DNA of 64,000 nucleotides from Antedon mediterranea (lineage: Eukaryota > Animalia > Echinodermata). The stretch spans positions 8,958,201-9,022,200 of the forward strand of contig NC_092679.1 of NCBI RefSeq assembly GCF_964355755.1. Reading direction: 5' to 3'. The notes below the pieces were generated by a model. That model worked only from the letters and a program-made list of their open reading frames with translations. It was not told where the DNA came from and made no database searches. Shown piece after piece: positions 54,100 to 64,000 of the stretch. How positions within the stretch are numbered: position 1 is the first letter of the stretch; every line of letters begins with the position of its first letter. Made by a program: the position numbers and the translations under genes.

Positions 54100-57000
54100 A
54101 TGGTCTAAAACGTCTCTAAATGCGATTTGAAGCTTTTCTGTACACTTTGATGTTTTTATGTTAACAACTTTTTTCGAAAATCACAAAATGGTCTAAAATG
54201 TCTCCAAATGCGATTTGAAGCTATTCTAAGCACTTTGGTGTTTTTATGGAAACAATTTTTTTCGAAAATCACAAAATGGTCTAAAACGTCTCCAATAGCG
54301 ATTTGAAGCTTTTCTTTACACTTTGGTGTTTTTATGTTAACAAGTTTTTTCGAAAATCACAAAATGGTCTAAAACGTCTCCAAATGCGATTTGAAGCTAT
54401 TCTGTACACTTTGATGTTTTTATGTTAACAAGTTTTTTCGAAAATCACAAAATGGTCTAAAATGTCTCCAAATGCGATTTGAAGCTATTCTAAGCACTTT
54501 GGTGTTTTTATGGAAACATTTTTTTTCGAAAATCACAAAATGGTCTAAAACGTCTCCAATAGTGATTTGAAGCTTTTCTTTACACTTTGGTGTTTTTATG
54601 TTAAGTTTTTTCGAAAATCACAAAATGGTCTAAAACGTCTCCAAATGCGATTTGAAGCTATTCTGTACACTTTGATGTTTTGTGTGAAAATTTTCTGTCG
54701 AAATGCTCAAAATGGTCAAAAACGTTTTTAAATACGATATTAAGCTACTTTGTGCTCTTTGATGTTTTTGTGTGAAATGTTTTATCGAAATGCTCAAAAT
54801 GGTCTAAAACGGTTTCTAATGTGATTTCAAGCACTTTGATGTTTTTGTGTAACCAAGTTTTTCGAAAATCACAAAATTGTCTAAAACGTCTCCAAATGCG
54901 ATTTGAAGCTATTCTGTACACTTTGATGTTTTTATGTTAACAAGTTTTTCGAAAATCACAAAATGGTCTAAAACGTTTCCAAATGCGATTTTAAGCTATT
55001 CTAAGCACTTTGGTGTTTTTATGTTAACAAGTTTTTTTGAAAATCACAAAATGGTCTAAAACGTCTCTAAATGCGATTTGAAGCTTTTCTGTACACTTTG
55101 ATGTTTTTATGTTAACAACTTTTTTCGAAAATCACAAAATGGTCTAAAATGTCTCCAAATGCGATTTGAAGCTATTCTAAGCACTTTGGTGTTTTTATGG
55201 AAACAATTTTTTTCGAAAATCACAAAATGGTCTAAAACGTCTCCAATAGCGATTTGAAGCTTTTCTGTACACTTTGGTGTTTTTATGTTAACAATTTTTT
55301 TCGAAAATCACAAAATGGTCTAAAACGTCTCCAAATGCGATTTGAAGCTATTCTGTACACTTTGATGTTTTTATGTTAACAAGTTTTTTCGAAAATCATA
55401 AAATGGTCTAAAACGTTTCCAAATGCGATTTAAAGCTATTCTGTACACTTTGATGTTTTGTGTGAAAATTTTCTGTCGAAATGCTCAAAATGGTCAAAAA
55501 CGTTTTTAAATACGATATTAAGCTACTTTGTGCTCTTTGATGTTTTTGTGTGAAATGTTTTATCGAAATGCTCAAAATGGTCTAAAACGGTTTCTAATGT
55601 GATTTCAAGCACTTTGATGTTTTTGTGTAACCAAGTTTTTCGAAAATCACAAAATTGTCTAAAACGTCTCCAAATGAGATTTGAAGCTATTCTGTACACT
55701 TTGGTGTTTTTATGTTAACAAGTTTTTTCGAAAATCACAAAATGGTCTAAAACGTCTCCAAATGCGATTTAAAGCTATTTTAAGCACTTTTGTGTTTTTG
55801 TGTAACCAAGTTTTTTCGAAAATCACAAAAGGGTCTAAAATGTCTGTAAATGCGATTTGAAGCTATTTAAAGCACTTTGGTGTTTTTAGGTTAACAAGTT
55901 TTTTCGAAAATCACAAAATGGTCTAAAACGTCTACAAATGCGATTTGAAGCTATTCTAAGCACTTTTGTGTTTTTATGTTAACAAGTTTTTTCGAAAATC
56001 ACAAAATGGTCTAAAACGTCTCTAAATGCGATTTGAAGCTTTTCTGTACACTTTGATGTTTTTATGTTAACAACTTTTTTCGAAAATCACAAAATGGTCT
56101 AAAATGTCTCCAAATGCGATTTGAAGCTATTCTAAGCACTTTGGTGTTTTTATGGAAACAATTTTTTTCGAAAATCACAAAATGGTCTAAAACGTCTCCA
56201 ATAGTGATTTGAAGCTTTTCTTTACACTTTGGTGTTTTTATGTTAACAAGTTTTTTCGAAAATCACAAAATGGTCTAAAACGTCTCCAAATGCGATTTGA
56301 AGCTATTCTGTACACTTTGATGTTTTTATGTTAACAAGTTTTTTCGAAAATCACAAAATGGTCTAAAATGTCTCCAAATGCGATTTGAAGCTATTCTAAG
56401 CACTTTGGTGTTTTTATGGAAACATTTTTTTTCGAAAATCACAAAATGGTCTAAAACGTCTCCAATAGTGATTTGAAGCTTTTCTTTACACTTTGGTGTT
56501 TTTATGTTAAGTTTTTTCGAAAATCACAAAATGGTCTAAAACGTCTCCAAATGCGATTTGAAGCTATTCTGTACACTTTGATGTTTTGTGTGAAAATTTT
56601 CTGTCGAAATGCTCAAAATGGTCAAAAACGTTTTTAAATACGATATTAAGCTACTTTGTGCTCTTTGATGTTTTTGTGTGAAATGTTTTATCGAAATGCT
56701 CAAAATGGTCTAAAACGGTTTCTAATGTGATTTCAAGCACTTTGATGTTTTTGTGTAACCAAGTTTTTCGAAAATCACAAAATTGTCTAAAACGTCTCCA
56801 AATGCGATTTGAAGCTATTCTGTACACTTTGATGTTTTTATGTTAACAAGTTTTTCGAAAATCACAAAATGGTCTAAAACGTTTCCAAATGCGATTTTAA
56901 GCTATTCTAAGCACTTTGGTGTTTTTATGTTAACAAGTTTTTTTGAAAATCACAAAATGGTCTAAAACGTCTCTAAATGCGATTTGAAGCTTTTCTGTAC

Positions 57001-57926
57001 ACTTTGATGTTTTTATGTTAACAACTTTTTTCGAAAATCACAAAATGGTCTAAAATGTCTCCAAATGCGATTTGAAGCTATTCTAAGCACTTTGGTGTTT
57101 TTATGGAAACAATTTTTTTCGAAAATCACAAAATGGTCTAAAACGTCTCCAATAGCGATTTGAAGCTTTTCTGTACACTTTGGTGTTTTTATGTTAACAA
57201 TTTTTTTCGAAAATCACAAAATGGTCTAAAACGTCTCCAAATGCGATTTGAAGCTATTCTGTACACTTTGATGTTTTTATGTTAACAAGTTTTTTCGAAA
57301 ATCATAAAATGGTCTAAAACGTTTCCAAATGCGATTTAAAGCTATTCTGTACACTTTGATGTTTTGTGTGAAAATTTTCTGTCGAAATGCTCAAAATGGT
57401 CAAAAACGTTTTTAAATACGATATTAAGCTACTTTGTGCTCTTTGATGTTTTTGTGTGAAATGTTTTATCGAAATGCTCAAAATGGTCTAAAACGGTTTC
57501 TAATGTGATTTCAAGCACTTTGATGTTTTTGTGTAACCAAGTTTTTCGAAAATCACAAAATTGTCTAAAACGTCTCCAAATGAGATTTGAAGCTATTCTG
57601 TACACTTTGGTGTTTTTATGTTAACAAGTTTTTTCGAAAATCACAAAATGGTCTAAAACGTCTCCAAATGCGATTTAAAGCTATTTTAAGCACTTTTGTG
57701 TTTTTGTGTAACCAAGTTTTTTCGAAAATCACAAAAGGGTCTAAAATGTCTGTAAATGCGATTTGAAGCTATTTAAAGCACTTTGGTGTTTTTAGGTTAA
57801 CAAGTTTTTTCGAAAATCACAAAATGGTCTAAAACGTCTACAAATGCGATTTGAAGCTATTCTAAGCACTTTTGTGTTTTTATGTTAACAAGTTTTTTCG
57901 AAAATCACAAAATGGTCTAAAACGTC
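54100..57926 (+). repeat. Tandem duplication of a second, differently composed 1,906-bp unit (9-mer + 13-mer)
   Basis: Cassette starts at 54663/56569 and 55441/57347, both offset 1,906. The junction is near 56,000. Confidence 0.8.
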
Positions 57927-60900
57927 TCCAAATGCGATTTGAAGCTATTTTAAGCACTTTGGTGTTTTTGTGTTAACAAGTTTTTCGAAATGCTCAAAAT
58001 GGTCTAAAACGTCTCCAAATGCGATTTGAAGCTATTCTAAGCACTTTGGTGTTTTTATGTTAACAAGTTTTTTCGAAAATCACAAAATGGTATAAAACGT
58101 CTCCAAATGCGATTTGAAGCTATTCTAAGCACTTTGGTGTTTTTATGTTAACAAGTTTTTTCGAAAATCACAAAATGGTCTAAAACGTTTCCAAATGCGA
58201 TTTGAAGCTATTCTGTACACTTTGATGTTTTGTGTGAAAATTTTCTTTTGAAATGCTCAAAATGGTCAAAAACGTTTTTAAATACGATATTAAGCTACTT
58301 TGTGCTCTTTGATGTTTTTGTGTGAAATGTTTTATCGAAATGCTCAAAATGGTCTAAAACGGTTTCTAATGTGATTTCAAGCACTTTGATGTTTTTGTGT
58401 AACCAAGTTTTTCGAAAATCACAAAATTGTCTAAAACGTCTCCAAATGCGATTTGAAGCTATTCTGTACACTTTGATGTTTTTATGTTAACAAGTTTTTC
58501 GAAAATCACAAAATGGTCTAAAACGTCTCCAACTGCGATTTTAAGCTATTCTAAGCACTTTGGTGTTTTTATGTTAACAAGTTTTTTTGAAAATCACAAA
58601 ATGGTCTAAAACGTCTCTAAATGCGATTTGAAGCTTTTCTGTACACTTTGATGTTTTTATGTTAACAAGTTTTTTCGAAAATCACAAAATGGTCTAAAAT
58701 GTCTCCAAATGCGATTTGAAGCTATTCTAAGCACTTTGGTGTTTTTATGGAAACAATTTTTTTCGAAAATCACAAAATGGTCTAAAACGTCTCCAATAGC
58801 GATTTGAAGCTTTTCTTTACACTTTGGTGTTTTTATGTTAACAAGTTTTTTCGAAAATCACAAAATGGTCTAAAACGTCTCCAAATGCGATTTGAAGCTA
58901 TTCTGTACACTTTGATGTTTTTATGTTAACAAGTTTTTTCGAAAATCACAAAATGGTCTAAAATGTCTCCAAATGCGATTTGAAGCTATTCTAAGCACTT
59001 TGGTGTTTTTATGGAAACATTTTTTTTCGAAAATCACAAAATGGTCTAAAACGTCTCCAATAGTGATTTGAAGCTTTTCTTTACACTTTGGTGTTTTTAT
59101 GTTAAGTTTTTTCGAAAATCACAAAATGGTCTAAAACGTCTCCAAATTCGATTTGAAGCTATTCTGTACACTTTGATGTTTTTATGTTAACAAGTTTTTT
59201 CGAAAATCACAAAATGGTCTAAAACGTCTACAAATGCGATTTGAAGCTATTCTAAGCACTTTTGTGTTTTTATGTTAACAAGTTTTTTCGAAAATCACAA
59301 AATGGTCTAAAACGTCTGCAAATGCGATTTGAAACTATTCTTAGCACATTGGTGTTTTTATTTAAACAAATTTTTTCGAAACTCACAAAATGGTCTAAAA
59401 CGTCTCCAAATGCGATTTGAAGCTATTTTAAGCACTTTAGTGTTTTTGTGTTAACAAGTTTTTCGAAATGCTCAAAATGGTCTAAAACGTTTTTAAACAC
59501 GATATTAAGCTCACAAAACGTCTCCAAATGCGATTTGAAGCTATTCTGTACACTTTGATGTTTTTATGTTAACAAGTTTTTCTTTACACTTTGGTGTTTT
59601 TATGTTAACAAGTTTTTTCGAAAATCACAAAATGGTCTAAAACGATTTCTAATGTGATTTTAAGCACTTTGATGTTTTTATGTTAACTAGTTTTTTCGAA
59701 AATCACAAAATGGTCTAAAACGTCTCCAAATGCGATTTGAAGCTATTTTAAGCACTTAGGTGCTTTTGTGTAACCAAGTTTTTTTGAAAATCACAAAAGG
59801 GTCTAAAATGTCTCCAAATGTGATTTGAAGCTATTTTAAGCACTTTGGTGTTTTTGTGTTAACAAGTTTTTCGAAAATCACAAAATTGTCTAAAACGTCT
59901 CCAAATGCGATTTGAAGCTATTCTGTACACTTTGATGTTTTTATGTTAACAAGTTTTTTAGAAAATCACAAAATGGTCTAAAACATCTCCAAATGCGATT
60001 TAAAGCTATTTTAAGCACTTTAGTGTTTTTATGTTAACATGTTTTTTCGAAAATCACAAAATGGTCTAAAACGTCTCCAAATGCGATTTGAAGCTATTTT
60101 AAGCACTTTGGTGTTTTTGTGTTAACAAGTTTTTCGAAATGCTCAAAATGGTCTAAAACGTTTCCAAATGCGATTTGAAGCTATTCTGTACACTTTGATG
60201 TTTTGTGTGAAAATTTTCTGTCGAAATGCTCAAAATGGTCAAAAACGTTTTTAAATACGATATTAAGCTACTTTGTGCTCTTTGATGTTTTTGTCTGAAA
60301 TGTTTTATCGAAATGCTCAAAATGGTCTAAAACGGTTTCTAATGTGATTTCAAGCACTTTGATGTTTTTGTGTAACCAAGTTTTTCGAAAATCACAAAAT
60401 TGTCTAAAACGTCTCCAAATGCGATTTGAAGCTATTCTGTACTCTTTGATGTTTTTATGTTAACAAGTTTTTCGAAAATCACAAAATGGTCTAAAACGTC
60501 TCCAAATGCGATTTTAAGCTATTCTAAGCACTTTGGTGTTTTTATGTTAACAAGTTTTTTTGAAAATCACAAAATGGTCTAAAACGTCTCTAAATGCGAT
60601 TTGAAGCTTTTCTGTACACTTTGATGTTTTTATGTTAACAAGTTTTTTCGAAAATCACAAAATGGTCTAAAATGTCTCCAAATGCGATTTGAAGCTATTC
60701 TAAGCACTTTGGTGTTTTTATGTTAAAAAGTTTTTTCGAAAATCACAAAATGGTCTAAAACGTCTACAAATGCGATTTGAAGCTATTCTAAGCACTTTTG
60801 TGTTTTTATTTAAACAAATTTTTTCGAAACTCACAAAATGGTCTAAAACGTCTCCAAATGCGATTTGAAGCTATTTTAAGCACTTTGGTGTTTTTGTGTT

Positions 60901-62100
60901 AACAAGTTTTTCGAAATGCTCAAAATGGTCTAAAACGTTTTTAAACACGATATTAAGCTATTTTGTGCTCTTTGATGTTTTTTTGTGAAAAGTTTTAGCA
61001 AAATGCTCAAAATGGTCTAAAACGATTTCTAATGTGATTTTAAGCACTTTGATGTTTTTATGTTAACTAGTTTTTTCGAAAATCACAAAATGGTCTAAAA
61101 CGTCTCCAAATGCGATTTGAAGCTATTTTAAGCACTTAGGTGCTTTTGTGTAACCAAGTTTTTTTGAAAATCACAAAAGGGTCTAAAATGTCTCCAAATG
61201 TGATTTGAAGCTATTTTAAGCAGTTTGGTGTTTTTGTGTTAACAAGTTTTTCGAAAATCACAAAATTGTCTAAAACGTCTCCAAATGCGATTTGAAGCTA
61301 TTCTGTACACTTTGATGTTTTTATGTTAACAAGTTTTTTAGAAAATCACAAAATGGTCTAAAACATCTCCAAATGCGATTTAAAGCTATTTTAAGCACTT
61401 TGGTGTTTTTATGTTAACAAGTTTTTTCGAAAATCACAAAATGGTCTAAAACGTCTCCAAATGCGATTTGAAGCTATTTTAAGCACTTTGGTGTTTTTGT
61501 GTTAACAAGTTTTTCGAAATGCTCAAAATGGTCTAAAACGTTTCCAAATGCGATTTGAAGCTATTCTGTACACTTTGATGTTTTGTGTGAAAATTTTCTG
61601 TCGAAATGCTCAAAATGGTCAAAAACGTTTTTAAATACGATATTAAGCTACTTTGTGCTCTTTGATGTTTTTGTGTGAAATGTTTTATCAAAATGCTCAA
61701 AATGGTCTAAAACGGTTTCTAATGTGATTTCAAGCACTTTGATGTTTTTGTGTAACCAAGTTTTTCGAAAATCACAAAATTGTCTAAAACGTCTCCAAAT
61801 GCGATTTGAAGCTATTCTGTACACTTTGATGTTTTTATGTTAACAAGTTTTTCGAAAATCACAAAATGGTCTAAAACGTCTCCAAATGCGATTTTAAGCT
61901 ATTCTAAGCACTTTGGTGTTTTTATGTTAACAAGTTTTTTTGAAAATCACAAAATGGTCTAAAACGTCTCTAAATGCGATTTGAAGCTTTTCTGTACACT
62001 TTGATGTTTTTATGTTAACAACTTTTTTCGAAAATCACAAAATGGTCTAAAATGTCTCCAAATGCGATTTGAAGCTATTCTAAGCACTTTGGTGTCTTTA
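56400..62100 (+). repeat. Long-range copy of the ~14.1-20.2 kb block (ends approximate)
   Basis: Shared rare variants CCAACTGCG (16231/58533, offset 42,302) and AAGCAGTTTGG (19301/61221, offset 41,920). The offset difference equals the 382-bp duplication present only in the left copy. Confidence 0.85.
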
Positions 62101-64000
62101 TGGAAACAATTTTTTTCGAAAATCACAAAATGGTCTAAAACGTCTCCAATAGCGATTTGAAGCTTTTCTGTACACTTTGGTGTTTTTATGTTAACAATTT
62201 TTTTCGAAAATCACAAAATGGTCTAAAACGTCTCCAAATGCGATTTTAAGCTATTCTGTACACTTTGATGTTTTTATGTTAACAAGTTTTTTCGAAAATC
62301 ACAAAATGGTCTAAAACGTTTCCAAATGCGATTTGAAGCTATTCTGTACACTTTGATGTTTTGTGTGAAAATTTTCTGTCGAAATGCTCAAAATGGTCAA
62401 AAACGTTTTTAAATACGATATTAAGCTACTTTGTGCTCTTTGATGTTTTTGTGTGAAATGTTTTATCGAAATGCTCAAAATGGTCTAAAACGGTTTCTAA
62501 TGTGATTTCAAGCACTTTGATGTTTTTGTGTAACCAAGTTTTTCGAAAATCACAAAATTGTCTAAAACGTCTCCAAATGCGATTTGAAGCTATTCTGTAC
62601 ACTTTGGTGTTTTTATGTTAACAAGTTTTTTCGAAAATCACAAAATGGTCTAAAACGTCTCCAAATACGATTTAAAGCTATTTTAAGCACTTTTGTGTTT
62701 TTGTGTAACCAAGTTTTTTCGAAAATCACAAAGGGGTCTAAAATGTCTGTAAATGCGATTTGAAGCTATTTAAAGCACTTTGGTGTTTTTAGGTTAACAA
62801 GTTTTTTCGAAAATCACAAAATGGTCTAAAACGTCTACAAATGCGATTTGAAGCTATTCTAAGCACTTTTGTGTTTTTATGTTAACAAGTTTTTTCGAAA
62901 ATCACAAAATGGTCTAAAACGATTTCTAATGTGATTTTAAGCACTTTGATGTTTTTATGTTAACTAGTTTTTTCGAAAATCACAAAATGGTCTAAAACGT
63001 CTCCAAATGCGATTTGAAGCTATTTTAAGCACTTAGGTGCTTTTGTGTAACCAAGTTTTTTTGAAAATCACAAAAGGGTCTAAAATGTCTCCAAATGTGA
63101 TTTGAAGCTATTTTAAGCACTTTGGTGTTTTTGTGTTAACAAGTTTTTCGAAAATCACAAAATTGTCTAAAACGTCTCCAAATGCGATTTGAAGCTATTC
63201 TGTACACTTTGATGTTTTTATGTTAACAAGTTTTTTAGAAAATCACAAAATGGTCTAAAACATCTCCAAATGCGATTTAAAGCTATTTTAAGCACTTTAG
63301 TGTTTTTATGTTAACATGTTTTTTCGAAAATCACAAAATGGTCTAAAACGTCTCCAAATGCGATTTGAAGCTATTTTAAGCACTTTGGTGTTTTTGTGTT
63401 AACAAGTTTTTCGAAATTCTCAAAATGGTCTAAAACGTTTCCAAATGCGATTTGAAGCTATTCTGTACACTTTGATGTTTTGTGTGAAAATTTTCTGTCG
63501 AAATGCTCAAAATGGTCAAAAACGTTTTTAAATACGATATTAAGCTACTTTGTGCTCTTTGATGTTTTTGTGTGAAATGTTTTATCGAAATGCTCAAAAT
63601 GGTCTAAAACGGTTTCTAATGTGATTTCAAGCACTTTGATGTTTTTGTGTAACCAAGTTTTTCGAAAATCACAAAATTGTCTAAAACGTCTCCAAATGAG
63701 ATTTGAAGCTATTCTGTACACTTTGGTGTTTTTATGTTAACAAGTTTTTTCGAAAATCACAAAATGGTCTAAAACGTCTCCAAATGCGATTTAAAGCTAT
63801 TTTAAGCACTTTTGTGTTTTTGTGTAACCAAGTTTTTTCGAAAATCACAAAAGGGTCTAAAATGTCTGTAAATGCGATTTGAAGCTATTTAAAGCACTTT
63901 GGTGTTTTTAGGTTAACAAGTTTTTTCGAAAATCACAAAATGGTCTAAAACGTCTACAAATGCGATTTGAAGTTATTCTAAGCACTTTTGTGTTTTTATG

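Larger units (their letters stand above)
1..64000. repeat. Tandem satellite DNA array, 88-bp monomer, with higher-order repeat structure (candidate centromeric/pericentromeric satellite)
   Basis: Monomer starts at 1, 89, 177, 265, 353 (88-bp period). The same motif (TTTTCGAAAATCACAAAATGGTCTAAAACGTCTCCAAATGCGATTTGAAGCT) continues in one orientation to the end of the window, with no unique sequence seen. The centromeric role is inference only. Confidence 0.98.

Noticed and set aside
1-64000. CRISPR-like or other repeat-spacer array
   Set aside because: There are no unique spacers. The variable parts are homologous point variants of the same monomer, and no cas or other genes are present.
1-64000. 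tRNA/5S/spliced-leader tandem gene array or telomeric repeat
   Set aside because: I see no cloverleaf, Pol III A/B boxes or recognisable RNA-gene sequence, and no short G-rich telomere unit. The many T-runs would terminate Pol III.
1-64000. Transposon insertions or array inversions
   Set aside because: No non-satellite sequence, target-site duplication or strand switch was seen on reading. The only inverted segment is the ~15-bp fold-back at 20.6 kb.
1-64000. Monomer-variant order as an information-bearing code or programmed system
   Set aside because: The order is adequately explained by nested duplication, deletion and conversion. Nothing in the sequence supports a dedicated mechanism.

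Overview
The whole 64-kb window is one uninterrupted, head-to-tail, AT-rich (~31% GC) satellite DNA array. The monomer is 88 bp (consensus ~CTGTACACTTTGATGTTTTTATGTTAACAAGTTTTTTCGAAAATCACAAAATGGTCTAAAACGTCTCCAAATGCGATTTGAAGCTATT), present in roughly 730-740 copies, all in the same orientation. It looks like eukaryotic centromeric/heterochromatic satellite; I cannot name the family or organism. Monomer variants are ordered into higher-order repeats (HORs). A diverged 3-monomer landmark cassette (87+77+87 bp) recurs mostly every 8-12 monomers, a 22-mer 1,906-bp HOR is tandemly amplified, and there are nested kb-scale duplications (382, 1,041, 5,370, 5,970, 7,276, 20,067 and ~42,000 bp offsets). 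I see no credible genes, RNA genes, transposons or CRISPR arrays, and the two listed ORFs are by-products of one point mutation. I found no new gene system. The most notable signals are a fold-back (template-switch) mutation at ~20.6 kb inside a less-homogenised island, recurrent 10-bp microhomology deletions, and dyad and A-tract structure in the monomer. All coordinates and offsets were counted by eye.
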